A DNA stretch of 64,000 nt from Hyaloraphidium curvatum SAG 235-1 (GCA_025558095.1 JAIVFI010000023.1:558001-622000); one strand, 5' to 3'. Positions 1-11,832 are shown, counted from the first letter of the stretch. The notes: generated from the sequence alone by a model not told the origin. A program made the numbers and translations.

Positions 1-667
1 TCTGGGCAACGCGGGCCGACCGGCGGGAGGAGGACCGCCGGTCGTCGTACGAGTCCGAGTCGTCGTCCGTGCGTGTGCGGGACTGCCGGCCCTTGCGGGG
101 GCCCGAGGCCGACGCAGGGCCCGCGCTCCGCGGGGGTTCGTCGGGGGGGGATCCGTGCTCGGGCTCGGCGTCGTCGCTGTGGGACGCATCCTCCTTGCCG
201 CCCTGTCCCGCATCGTCGCCGGTGGCGAGCACCGCGCTGCGGATGAGGGAAGCGGTCTCCTTGTGCCAGTTGCGCAGGTACTCCCCCGGCAGGTTGTCGA
301 GGTTGGTCATGTTCTTCTTCTTGCGCGTGTGCTGGAACCACGAGTTGATCTGCTTGAGCGTGCAGCCCGTTTCCCTGGAGACGGCGGCCTTTTCCTCGCG
401 CGTTGGGAACGGGTTCTTCGCAAAGAGGCGCTCCAGCGCGGCCACCTGGTCCGGGTGCTTCTTTGCGGCGCGTGCCTCGCCCGCCTCGCGTCGCTTGCGA
501 GCAGAGAACCATCTGCCGACGTTCTGCGGGCTCACGTGCAGCTCCAGCGCGAGCGCCATCTTCGCGTTGGAAGATGGGTTCGGGTTCTCCGCGAAGCGAG
601 CCTCGAGCACGGCCTCCTCCTCCTCGCCAATCGCTCTCCACTCGTGAAGCACGTTGCTGGCTGACAT
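1..667 (-). CDS. Double-homeodomain transcription factor (3' end runs off the window)
   Basis: Manual minus-strand translation from ATG 667: MSASNVLHEWRAIGEEEEAVLEARFAENPNPSSNAKMALALELHVSPQNVGRWFSARKRRE...DQVAALERLFAKNPFPTREEKAAVSRETGCTLKQINSWFQHTRKKK. Two L-E-x-x-F-x-x-N-P-x-P / W-F homeodomain signatures. Absent from the ORF track because there is no stop within the window. Confidence 0.85.
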   Translation of the reverse strand, partial: MSASNVLHEWRAIGEEEEAVLEARFAENPNPSSNAKMALALELHVSPQNVGRWFSARKRREAGEARAAKKHPDQVAALERLFAKNPFPTREEKAAVSRETGCTLKQINSWFQHTRKKKNMTNLDNLPGEYLRNWHKETASLIRSAVLATGDDAGQGGKEDASHSDDAEPEHGSPPDEPPRSAGPASASGPRKGRQSRTRTDDDSDSYDDRRSSSRRSARVAQ

Positions 668-2735
668 TTCGGCTTCAAAAATAGCTTAAAGGCACGGAGA
701 GATGAATTTCGGTGCGGTGTAGCGGCTTGCGCCAAGCAGAGGGGGGATTGCGTCGGGGTGCGCCGTCGAGGGCGAGCGGGGCGAACGACTCCTCCTTGGA
801 GCGTCCACAAAAGTTGATTCGCAGCAGCTGAGGCGTCGGCAGCGATGGCAGGTGGTGGGCGGCCGGTGCCGATTTCGCGGCCCGCTTCGGTAGCGTCGGC
901 CGCGACTGCCCCCCGCGCCTCGGCGCCTCCGCCCCGCCCCGCCGGCCTCAGCGCCTCACGCGGCGTGTGCGGCGGTCGCCATCGCGGTCGTTCCTGCGGG
1001 ATGCGGCGAGCGGTGAGCAACGGCGCCGGCGATCCGCGGGCGCCCGCCCGCCCCGACGCGGCCGCGCATCGCCGCGCACGCCGCCGCCGGGGCCGCGGGG
1101 AGCTCCTACCTTTTTTCATTCACGGGTTTCGGAGCGATCCGGCGCCCGGTGGGCCGCCGAGGCCGCAGAGAATAGAATGGAGCAGCCCCGGCCCGCGGGC
1201 TGAGTTCGTTTTTTCTGTCGGTTGCTCTTCATGTGAAACCTCGATTGCGCAGGCATGAAGGGCCATCAGGCGGCGGCACCGCGAGAGACGGAAGCAGTGC
1301 TGGCCGCTGCCTTCGGCGGGCGGTTTTGGGGGTTCTTCTCGTCCCGGGGACGCCGGTAATGCTCGCGAACCCGAACGGCAAGACCGCTGCCGGTCGGCGG
1401 CCGCACAGCCCGACTCCATTTTTTCGCACATTCAGCGAGGCGATCCGCTAGCTGACGGCGATCGGCGGGTGGAGAGGGCCCAATCTTTGCCCGACCGTGG
1501 CCGCGGTCGCGCCGGATGCATCCTTTCGATGACCTGGTGACCCGGGGAGACCGGGCCTTCCCTACCCCGCCGCTCGTTGGACCCTGGCCGTCGGACCGCC
1601 AAGCTCCGGCAGCGGCGCCCGCCCAGCATCACTTGTTCCAATGATCTCACCTATGTCCGCCGTCCATCCACCCTGGCGTGCCCTGGGGGACTTCGGGGAT
1701 GCGGATACTGCGGCACCGCCATAGTCAGGGACGGATGCCGCCGCTCCTCTATACGGCCCTCTCTCCCGCCACCGTACGACCCGCGAGCGGCAGGGTTGGG
1801 ACCTGCCCCTCGTTCCGGCGGCGATCCGGCAACGGGATAGCTCCCCGCCGCAGATGGCGCCCCCGGCGCGCGCCCGATTCGGGGGCCGCGATCCCACCGG
1901 TCCGGACCCTCCGGCCAGGCCTCGGACCGGTATCGACGCCGGGCGTCGGGCTTCACAGATCTGGGGTGCCAATCAGTCCTTTGGTGCTCTCAGGAATGGA
2001 TGGAAGCAGGGAAAGGGGGATATGGGGGGAAACCGGCGGGCCAACGCCGGCCGTCGCGCCGAACTGGGTGGAGGATGCACCCGAGGGAAATCCCAGCTGC
2101 GTGAGCCGGGGGACTGCAAACATCCGCTTCGGTGCAGCTTTTTTCGCCTTTGAAGCCGACGGAGTGCACTGCACGCGGGCAGGAGGGCGGCTGCGGGGTC
2201 CCATCCGTGTGGGAGGCGCGGCGATGCGCGGGGCCCGGCCGACGGCCGGGCCGTCATCGCGCCGGACAGGAGGCGTTTATTATGGCTGCGTGATGGATGT
2301 GGATGTCAACTTCGGCAGGCCAGCGGGGGTGTGGCTTGCGGTGGGGATGCGGGGCTTTGTTCGGGGATCCGCGAGGTCAGCCGGAAGCCGCGGGCGGTGT
2401 CGGTGCGAGGGGCAATCCGGATGGGTGCATCGGGTCGGTGCGGGAGAGGTGCTGCGGGATGGAACTGGGAAGGTGGTGCCGCCCGAGCTGGATTGGGCTG
2501 GGATGGGGAGGGCGCGCTGGACCTCGTGGCGGATTGCGAGGCCGAGGGTGCGGGGAACGTCAATCCAGCCCGGGGGGGACGCACAATAGCTCTCTAAAAG
2601 CAATCGTACGATCTCTGTGCCGCCCGCTTTGAATTCGTCGTGCTGGGTTGCGGGGCGCGTGGGCTCCGGCTCCACTTTCGGGAGTCGGGAAATCTTTAGG
2701 CCTCAACCGCCCGGTCAACCACCTTCGCCGGCACG

Positions 2736-5169
2736 ATGGGGAAGTCCTTCACGTCCCAGGAGGTCGCGCAGCACAACCACGACAAGGATGCTTGGTGCGT
2801 TGCCGCTCCCGGGAGGGGCCGTCCGGCGCGCGCGGGGCGTGCCGGGGACGCGGACCGGGTGGCGAGCGCTAAGCGTTGTTTGGACTTGCCGGGAGGCCGA
2901 TGGCACCGAGGGGCGCGGCTCGGACGTGCAGAGCGCTCGGAGGCGGTGCCGTCGAGTATTGCCGGGCTCCCGGCTCGGTCCGAGGCGTGTGCGGCGCGCC
3001 GGTGGCCGGGAGACAGGACGACCCGGCCCGGCACGTCCCCGGTGCCCCCTTTCCCTTCGCCTGCTCCCTCGCGCTCCGCCGAAAGTCACCGATATTCCCC
3101 TCAGGATCATCGTGGACAGCAAGGTCTACGATGTTACCAAGTTCCTCGACGAGGTCGGTGCCCGCGATCCCCCTTCCCCTCGCCGTGCCTGAACCACCAC
3201 CCCGCAGCACCCGGGCGGCCGCAAGATTCTCCTCCGCTTCGCCGGCACCGATGCATCGAAGCAGTTCCACACGTACCACTCGGATCTCGTGATGCAGCAG
3301 TTCGGCCCGAAGCTGCAGATCGGCGAGGTCGCGTCGCTGATCGAGGCGGTCAAGAAGGAGGACAAGCAGGTCGCGCTGCCGCCTACGGCGGCAATGCTGC
3401 TGTCGAACCAGAACGAGGTGTTTGGGGACCTCGCGCCGTTCTGCGAACCCGCCTGGTACCAGGACAACTGTGAGTTTCTCTGCTGGGGGAGCCTGTACCC
3501 GATGCTCACAAGGCTGTCCCCGCCAGACACGCCCTACTACAACGAGTCCCACAAGAAGCTCCGCGCCCACATCCGCAAGGTCCTCTCGGAGCACACCTGG
3601 CTCGAGCACGTCGGGTGCGTTGCCTTCCCTTTGCCCCTCCACACCTCATCTCATCCTGTTGCCCACAGCGAGTGGGAGAAGGCCATCCACAACGACCAGG
3701 GCCCGCCGCGCTGGGTGTTCGAGAAGGTCGGCGAGCTCGGGTTCTTCCGCGTCATCGTCGGCCCCCCGTGGGAGGCGCCGGACCTTCCCGGCATCCCGGA
3801 ACTGCCGTCGGGGATCAAGTCCAAGGACTGGGATATCTTCCACGAGCTCATCGTTCTTGGTTGGCTTTTTCGAATATGGCAAATGAAGTGGAAGCTAACG
3901 GATCATTTCGTATTCAGACGAGCTCACCAACTCGACCTCCGTCCTGGGCTCGCTCTTCGGTGGCCAGGCCTTGTGAGTCGCAATCACCCGCCGTTTCTGC
4001 AGCACCTCTGACAGTGTATCAGCGCCATCCCGCCCCTCGTCAAGTACGGCAAGGACTGGATGAAGAGGGACCTCGTCCCCGCGCTCTACTCGGGCAAGCA
4101 GACCGCCGCCCTCGCCATCTCGGAGCCCCACGCCGGCTCGGACGTGCAGAACATCCAGACCAACGGCAGGCTCAGCGACGACGGCAAGTTCTGGATCGTC
4201 AACGGCGAGAAGAAGTGGATCACCGGCGGCGTGCGTTCTCTCTCCCGCGCTCCTGCCATTCGTCGCTGATTGTGGTCGCGATTTTGCAGGTCTGGGCCGA
4301 TTGGTTCACCACTGCCGTCCGCACCGGCGGCCCCGGCGGCGCCGGCATCTCTGTCATGATGATCCCGCGCGGCAAGGGCGTCAAGACCCGGCACATCGAG
4401 ACCCAGGGCGGCGTCATGGGCGGCACCGCCTACGTCACCTTCGACGACGTCTACGTGCCCGTGGACAACGTCATCGGCAAGGTCAACGAGGGCTTCAAGG
4501 TCTTGATGGTAAAGCAGCTTGAGACGGAAGAGCACGGGGACAACTGCTGACTGATGACGGCAGACCAACTTCAACCACGAGCGCTTCCTCATCTGCGCCA
4601 ACACCAACCGCATGTCGCGTGTCTGCTACCAGGGTATGTCCGCCTCGAGTCCCGGATGTGCTCTGCGGCTCACACGACCCTTCCTATAGAGGCCCTCCAC
4701 TACGCTCACCGCCGCAAGACCTTCGGCAAGAACCTCATCGAGCACGGCGTCATCCGCGACAAGCTCGGCAACATGGCGCGCCAGATCGAGGCCACCCAGT
4801 CCTGGATCGAGCACCTCGCCTACCAGATGTACAAGATGCCCAAGCACATCCAGGACGCCCGCCTCGGCGGCCACTTTGCCCTGTGCAAGCTGCAGTGCAC
4901 GCGCACCTTCGAGTTCTGCGCCCGCGAGGCGTCGCAGATCCTCGGCGGCATCGCGTACACCAAGGGCGGCCAGGGTGGCCGTGTTGAGGCCCTATACAGG
5001 GCTGTTAGGGGCATGGCCATCCCCGGCGGTTCCGAGGAGATCATGGCAGATCTTGGCGTTAGGTGTGTATCTCCGTCTTTTGCTCGTTCCCGCGGAATCT
5101 CATTCGCCTCCGTGCCCTTACAGGCAGTCGACCAAGGTCGCAGCCCTCATGGGTGCCAACCTCGCCTAA
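2736..5169 (+). CDS. Cytochrome b5-domain acyl-CoA dehydrogenase (multi-exon)
   Basis: Spliced N-terminus MGKSFTSQEVAQHNHDKDAW/IIVDSKVYDVTKFLDE/HPGG (cyt b5 heme-binding motif), then ACAD motifs LAISEPHAGSDV, NGEKKWITGG, RKTFGKNLIEHGVIRDKL, QILGGIAY, IPGGSEEIM. Last exon ends ...GANLA* at 5169. Confidence 0.93.
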
Positions 5170-5328
5170 GCTGCGGGACCGCCGCGCCGCCAAATTCGCA
5201 AGAGTTTGGACGATGGGTTCTGTCGAGCGTCGCGGGAGTTCTCAGCTTTGGCATCAAGTGTTATCGGCGTGGCCGAGCGAATACAGCTGGCCTCGAAATA
5301 TTCTTGTTCGAGCGTAAAAGGCGGCAAA

Positions 5329-6871
5329 TCACCGCACCGGGCAGAAGCTCTCCAGGGTGACAAACACCCCGACCGTCCATATGCCGATCCCGAGGGTCAC
5401 AGCGGTGGCCACGAACGTGCGAAGGAGCCCGTATGAGATCGGGAACCCGAAGAACAGCGCACGGAAACCGTCCATCTCCAAGAAAGACGAAAGCACCGAG
5501 TCGTGCTTGCCCAGCTCGCGGACAAGAGGGCCGTCGTCCGCGCCGCGGCCGGAGGCGAGCACCCGGATCTCGCGCTGGGCGGTACGGTACACCGATGCCA
5601 CGGTGGCCAGTTCCTCGTTGAGCGCCGCGAGCCCCATGAGGCTGTTGACCTCGAAGTTGAGTATGAAGACCAGCATGGCCAGCTGCCACGCCGAAATGCA
5701 GGAACCGGCGGCCTGCGGGCGGTGATGGTAACTACGCGGCAGGCGGTGAGGCGCACTCTTGAGGCACTCACAATGGTGATAACAAACCCGAGCAGCAAGG
5801 AAACGGGAACAGTGGTCGTGAAGGCGTCACGTGTGACAGCCGAATCGTGCGAGTTACGCGACCGCCAGAGAGCGCATAGGTGGTAATGCAGTCGCACGTA
5901 GAGGCGCGTTTTCTCCGGTGGCGGCGGGGGACCACCGCCTGCCAGCGCGGCGCGGTAGCTGTCCAAGAGCGAGCGCAGGGCCACCGAAACCGCACGGCTT
6001 TGCATCCTATTTTCGAGGTCCGCGACCCGGGGTTGGGCTGCAGGAACAGGGCGAGAGCCATAAAGAAGTAGCTGGCGAGGATACAAAGTAGAAGAACGGC
6101 AAGCAGCCATCCCCACCAGTAGGAAAACAGCTGTTCGCGAAGGTGCGCAGTGGCGTTGTCACCAGCAGTACAAACTCAACCCAAACGAGCATCGTGTTCA
6201 CGACCACGGCCAGTACGGCGTGGAAAGCCGCCGAGCGAGGAGCACCGCCGGCACAAGACTTGAGGGAACACGGGCACATGATGTCACCTTGCTTGTGTCG
6301 AAGAAGGGCCTCTTGGGAGTCAGGTGTGGAGCTTAGCTGCAGCCAGCGCACAATTGGGGCGAGGCCGCTGGCATCCAAGGAGCTGTCTTGGGCGACGGCG
6401 GCGCCGCGCCGAAGAAATGCAATGACGTAGTATGCCAGGTTACCCAGGTAGTAGATGGCAGCGGCGGCGATGCCCGCAGCGAGCTGGGTGGCCCCGAACG
6501 AAGGAGACCCCCAGAAGCGCGAGGCTTAGGGCCATGCCGCAGCTCATGAGCGCAAAGTGGGACCAGAGCGGGGCGGCGAGCGCAAAGCGCACGGCCGTCG
6601 CGGCGTGCAGGAAGCGGTTGCCCGCGAAGGCGGCGAGCATCGACGCGCTCGTCACGGGTTCCGCGGTCCGCAGGGACGCCGCGGGGTCATCGCATTTCCA
6701 CGCTTTGGCTTCGGCCTCTGCGTCGGAGAGGGTGTCGATGGGCTCAAGGGTCGCGGGGAAGAGGGAGAGCCACTCTCGCGGAGAGAAGTCGACGAAGTCG
6801 CGGGGCACGCGGTCGACGCCCTCGCCCGAGACGCGGCCGGGCAGCAGCGCAATAGCGTGTGTTTCGGCCAT
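5329..6871 (-). pseudogene. Frameshifted paralog of the multi-TM (DUF3537/GRL-like) protein at 7183-8860
   Basis: Shares DF(S/T)PxEWxxLFPATL, RWLQL, CPCSxxSCAG, LENR..RAV, LYVRLHY and TLESFCP with the 7183 gene. Aligning the two needs ~3 frame changes (near 6500, 6133 and 6030). The C-terminus also lacks the LRTL segment present in the 9484 copy. Confidence 0.7.
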
Positions 6872-7182
6872 ATCTGACGCCTCCAGACGTGCGGTACCGG
6901 GCTACCAGATGAGAGAGAAGTTCGACGGTTGCGGTTGGCTGACTGGCGCGACGGACGCGAGTCCGACGCGTTTCCCCGCAGAAATCCGGCAGCCGCCCGC
7001 GGGAGACAGACAAAGCATCTTGATTGATTGATTGAAGAGCCATCCACCAGAAAATGCTAGAAGCCGGCCGGCAACGTGTGGTTTGAGATTTTCGGACTGG
7101 TCCGCATCGACGTCACCGGGCGAGTCCGCCGTTCGTAACTTGAGACGCTCCTCGTCTCTCTCTCTCTGCTTGCGGCACCTCC

Positions 7183-8860
7183 ATGGAGCCGACGGGCAAA
7201 TCTGCGCCGGACGAGCCCGCGCCGGCCCGTGCCGCGGATAGGCCCGCCGATTTCACGCCGGAAGAATGGGTTGCTCTCTTCCCGGCGACGCTCCCCCCCC
7301 TGCACCCGTACACGGACGTCGAGGCGCGCAGCGGCCGCGCGGACGAGGATCCCGCGGCCCCGGCGCGCGGGGAGCATCCCTTGACCCGCGACGTGGTGCG
7401 CCGCGAACTCTCGGCATTCCCCGGCCTCGCCGCAGCCGTGTTCGCCGGCTACAGGCTCGGGCTCTCTCCGCGAAGCTTGCTCCTGTGGTACTCCTTCATG
7501 TACGCGCTCGAGATCGCGTTGCTCGCCCTGGCGACAGCCTGGAGCGACGGCAGCTTCGGGGTCGCCCAGCTGGCGGTTGGCATGCTGGTAGCTTGCCTCG
7601 TGCCCGTGGTCGGAACGTCGATTCTGTTGCCTGTCATTCTTTCGCTCAAAGGATGGGTTATGACGACGGCGGACCTCGAACCTTGGGCGGGGCTCATCAG
7701 GTGGCTTCAACTGCAGCGCGCCGAATCGCAGGGAGCGCAAGGAATACAGGCCACGTTGACGACCCGGCTCGTGGAGCACGATCCTGCAGACCGTCTCTGC
7801 CCCTGCTCCGCCCCTTCATGCGCCGGCAACACGCCCGCCTGGGCTGGCTTCTTTGCCTGGCTGGACGCTATCGTTTGGATTGTTCCCGAGCTCGCGACCT
7901 ACCTCATGATGTGCTACACGACGTACGTCAGCTTCGGTGCACGCCTGTTCTCCACCTGGTGGGGCATCCTCTTGTTTGCCAGCTTCGTTTTCTCCTGTTC
8001 CGGCACCATCTTTCTCGGAGTTGCGAGACTATCGACCTTTGGCAACATCGCTTACTACAGATTGGAGAACAGGCTGTTGAACCGGGCCGTGCGCATCGCT
8101 CTGCGAGTTGCGCTAAACAGGGACGCGGACCCGGATGCCGATTACACGGAAGAGAAAGTACCTTTGGCAGCCGAGGTGTCGCGGAATGCACCATCGCCGG
8201 ATCTCTACGTCAGGCTGCACTACCAGCTGATGCGGTTGTGGACGCTTCGCGCCGATCAGGACGTTGCCTTCGTCAGCCAAGCCTACCTGTTCGGCTGGAT
8301 CCCATCCCTGGTCGTCTTTGCGATTCTTTACATCGTGGGTTTCCGCTTTCTTGCGGCGTATGCCGTCTGTGCGCCTCACCCGCTCACGGTTCTTTCTGCC
8401 GGCACAGACAACTGGGCGTTGCATACCCGCATGGCTCCTCGTCGCCTTCCTCCCGAAGCTCATTGTGGGATCCGCGGACGGGCTGCACGTGTGCTCGTTG
8501 CCGCAACTGACGGCTTCCTATATCCCGCAGTTCATGTCCTGCAACATCGTCAACCTTGCCGCCCGCAACGCCTCGATAGCCTCCGTGGTTGCCCAGTACC
8601 ACTCCGCCCTCCGCGAGATCCGTGTCCTCTCCGGCCTGCAGGTTTCCCGCTCCCCCGCGCTGCGGCGGCACGAGGCCGTGCTCTCCTCTTTCCTGGATGT
8701 TTCAGGCTTCCAGGGAAAGGTGTTCGGGCTCGCGGCGACCTATGGCACTGCGAGGGCGCTGCTGGTGACGCTGGTCACCCTCTGCGTGGGCTTGTGGAGC
8801 GTGATGAGGAACTTGGGGACGGCGGTTACGCTGGAGAGCTTCTGCCCGTACCAGGCGTAG
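7183..8860 (+). CDS. Multi-pass membrane protein, DUF3537/gustatory-receptor-like candidate
   Basis: Several hydrophobic helices in the first part of ORF 7183. An intron at ~8335-8407 joins it to the 8264-8860 frame, ending HEAVLSSFLDVSGFQGKVFGLAATYGTARALLVTLVTLCVGLWSVMRNLGTAVTLESFCPYQA*. Confidence 0.75.
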
Positions 8861-9483
8861 ATGGGCGGTGGGAAATAGATGAAGTCGGTGAGTGTGCACT
8901 TGATCTTATTGCAAGCAGGATACACATGTCATTGCGGCTCTTTAGTTGGGACGCTTGGCCTCGATCGCGACGGCAGTATCTTTGCGGATGCGGTCGCAGG
9001 TCGGAGCGAGCTGTCAGGAAGCATTCCGTCATCAGCACCCGTCTACCTGTTTGCCCTCCGTCGACGCACCGAAGGCCTCGCCACAACATCCGGGGTGATC
9101 AGCGCGGCCGCCTTCTCCGACAGCTTGGGGAGCTCCGCGCCGTCGGTGCCCTACGGTGTCGCCTCGATCTGCAGCAGGATGGCCTTGAGCTTGCCGTGCA
9201 GGGACACGTTAAAGCGGATGTCGTTGAACTGCTCTTCCAGCCCGCGATTCTGCAGCTGCTCCTTGGCGTTAACGTCGGCGGCCTTGAGGCTCAGGGGTGG
9301 GATCCTTTGGCAGACCCATGGGGGCTCCCGGCCCAGCTTGGCGGCACAAGAGCATGACGGCCCCCGACGATCAATGAGACGATCAGGCAGAGTCCACAGA
9401 CAAAGCAAAGTTAATTCGATTCGACTCATGTTACTGCTCCCGGAGATCCCGATCATTGTAACGTGGGTGCGCAAATGCCGGGA

Positions 9484-9635
9484 TCACCTCATCGGACAGT
9501 AGCTCTCCAGCGTGAGAAACACTCCGAGCGTCCTAAGCACCGTCCATATGCCGATCCTGAGCGTCACTGAGGTGGCCACGAACGTGCGCAGAAGTCCATA
9601 CGAGATAGGGAATCCGAAAAAAAGCGCTCGCCGAA
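9484..9635 (-). pseudogene. 3'-terminal remnant of a third copy of the same membrane-protein family
   Basis: RALFFGFPISYGLLRTFVATSVTLRIGIWTVLRTLGVFLTLESYCPMR* nearly matches the C-terminus at 5329-5460. There is no room for upstream exons because the next gene ends at 9746. Confidence 0.75.
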
Positions 9636-9745
9636 GAGCATCCAGCAAACGTTCCAAAAAGGCAAAGAGACTGGCAGGCTCTGGAGCGCTAGGAAGATCA
9701 CACGGTAGCTGTATTCCGGGAATAAAGCTTCCATCCACGAATGAG

Positions 9746-10570
9746 CTACAAAGCCGCATCCTCGCTGTCCTCGTTCAGCAAAACTTTGGGCTTGAGGTTG
9801 AAGCGCTTCCAGAACTCGCTTGAGTCGAGCCAGCGCTTCAGCGTGTCCCGCGGCCTGGGCAGCTTCGCGATCCCCTGCTCTTCCATCGCCTTCCGGATCG
9901 CCGCCTGCGTCGCCTCGTTCGTCCAGCCCTTCCACAGGCCAATTTCCCACTGGTCGTAGACCTGTTCGTCCGTAACGATCCACCTCCCCGCCTCGAGCTT
10001 CTTTTCCGCGTGCATCTTGAGCACCGCGCGCGCGATGTCCGACCCGTGGATCAGGTGGAGCGAAAACACCTGGTTGACGCGCTCCCCGTTGGGTCCGAAG
10101 ACGTTCTGCATATAACTTTTCGGCCGGCGTTCGCCGCCATGAAGGCCCGCAAGGTTGAGCACAACGCCGCTGTACTTAACAATGAGCTCGTCCTCGGCCT
10201 CGGTCCGCTCCGGCAGGATGGTCCGGTTCATGAACTTCTCGTCGCGCGTCGCTCCGAGCCCTTCGAATGCCCGGGTTGAGCCCAGGAGGACCAAGGACGG
10301 GTCCCTCCGCTTCCTTTCGGCCGTGCTCCCGAGGTAGCCGCCGTACAGCTCGTCGACCTGCTTGGCGCCGAGCAGCGGGAACGTCACGATGGCCATGTCT
10401 GCGTCCGGGAGCGACGCCGGATCGTCCTTCCCAAACTCAAACTTGATGGTCCCGTCGCGTCCATCGCGGGTGGTGCCGACGCAGGCCACGCCTCGCTTCT
10501 TGCAGAGATCCATGATGAAAGTCCCAGTCCAACCGACCCCAAGGACGAGGATGTCCGCTTTCCGGGCCAT
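9746..10570 (-). CDS. NAD(P)-binding Rossmann-fold protein (atypical SDR/epimerase, YeeZ-like)
   Basis: MARKADILVLGVGWTG (GxGxxG), TTRDG, LLGST, AEDEL, LNLAGLHG, LHLIHGSDIARA. An alternative in-frame ATG lies at 10651. Confidence 0.85.
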   Translation of the reverse strand: MARKADILVLGVGWTGTFIMDLCKKRGVACVGTTRDGRDGTIKFEFGKDDPASLPDADMAIVTFPLLGAKQVDELYGGYLGSTAERKRRDPSLVLLGSTRAFEGLGATRDEKFMNRTILPERTEAEDELIVKYSGVVLNLAGLHGGERRPKSYMQNVFGPNGERVNQVFSLHLIHGSDIARAVLKMHAEKKLEAGRWIVTDEQVYDQWEIGLWKGWTNEATQAAIRKAMEEQGIAKLPRPRDTLKRWLDSSEFWKRFNLKPKVLLNEDSEDAAL

Positions 10571-10780
10571 CGGAAGGATTGGGAGCTGGTCGGCACGAGA
10601 GAGGTTCGCGTGAAGGCCGAGCACCAGAATCGCGAATAGGGCCCTCAGCATCTGATTTTCCGAGCGCCGATTCGAGATTCCTATAGCTCGGCGGCCGAAC
10701 AGATGACGGGGACGGGAAAGATGGTGACAGCTGCGATCGCGAGCGTCGATCGACCTTCCTCCGTTCCGCTCCTCGCCAAA

Positions 10781-11800
10781 ATGGCCCCTGCTGCTGCGAA
10801 TGGAGCGCAGAACGGCGCAGAGCGCCACGTGGACCCCGAAGACGACGCACGGAAGGCCGGTTATCTCGGCCCGACCGTTCTCGCCCCCTCCCTTTCTCCG
10901 CGGCCCCTGCCCATCGTTGGGATCCCTGCCTGCGTCAAAATGCTGCCTCCTCATCCTTTTCATAGTGTGGGAGACAAGTATCTGCGTGCTGTCAGGTGGG
11001 ATTAGGCCGGAGAGGCTGCTATCTTCTCGACTGACCTCGGCTGCTCGCTCCTGTCGAATAGCAACGGCGCCAAATGCCTTCCACTCCTGATCCCCGCGAT
11101 TCCCGACTTTTACGGCACCGAGTTTGTTCCGAGCGGCGCCGGTCCCGATTCGGACTTTATCGATGAGCTGCTCGCTCCCTTCGACGGGCTGCTGTTCACC
11201 GGCTCGGTCTCCAACCTCCACCCCTCGCTGTACGATTCCGACCACGAGCCCCTGCCGCCCCACGACCCTCACCGGGACAACACGACCCTTCCGCTCATCC
11301 GCCGCGCCATCGCCAAGGGCATCCCGTTCCTCTGCATCTGCAAGGGCATCCAGGAGCTCAACGTCGCGTGCGGGGGCAAGCTGCACCCCCGCGTGTGGGA
11401 AGTTCCCGGCATGCGCGACCACCGCGAGGATAAGCACGCTCCGATCGAGGACCAGTACTCGTATTCGGCCCACGACGTCGAGATCGTTCCCGGCGGCGTC
11501 CTCGAAAGCATCTTTGGTGCCGGCGAAGGCGGCGCACCGCGCACGCTGCACGTCAACTCGCTGCACTCGCAGGGGATCGCGGTCCCCGGGTCCTCGCCCA
11601 AGCTCCGCGTGGAGGCGCGATCCGTTCCGGACAATCTCGTGGAGGCGCTGAGCGTCGAGAACCATCCGTTCGGGGTCGGTGTGCAGTGGCACCCGGAGTG
11701 GCGCTTTTGGGACCAGGAGGACAGCGCGAAGCTCTTCGCGGTGTTTGGGAAAAAGGTCCGCGAGCACGCAATGAAGCGGAGGAAGGCTTCGCAGGTGTAG
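10781..11800 (+). CDS. puuD: Gamma-glutamyl-gamma-aminobutyrate hydrolase (peptidase C26, PuuD/SpuA family)
   Basis: PIVGIPAC...HPFHSVGDKYLRAV, one intron (~10996-11061), then DGLLFTGSVSNLHP, DPHRDNTTLPLIRRAI, catalytic CICKGIQELNVA, VNSLHSQGI, VQWHPEW. Confidence 0.88.
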
Positions 11801-11832
11801 ACGAGTGTACTTTTATCCACAGAGGAGTTGAC

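Noticed and set aside
700-2730. Possible genes or a mobile element in the 2-kb GC-rich gap
   Set aside because: The ORFs lack codon bias and motifs, and I saw no terminal repeats or transposase. Treated as a divergent promoter/UTR region.
9060-9330. Short minus-strand stretch with coding-like composition (PPLSLKAADVNAKEQLQNRGLEEQFNDIRF...)
   Set aside because: It has an internal stop, no clear start and no recognisable family. Possibly a gene relic, but not supportable.
8340-9357. C-terminal part of the 724-aa ORF 7183-9357
   Set aside because: It reads through an intron into the wrong frame. Paralog homology continues in the 8264-8860 frame.
10571-11767. N-terminal two-thirds of the 673-aa minus-strand ORF 9746-11767
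   Set aside because: It is the antisense shadow of the PuuD gene. The real Rossmann protein starts near 10570.
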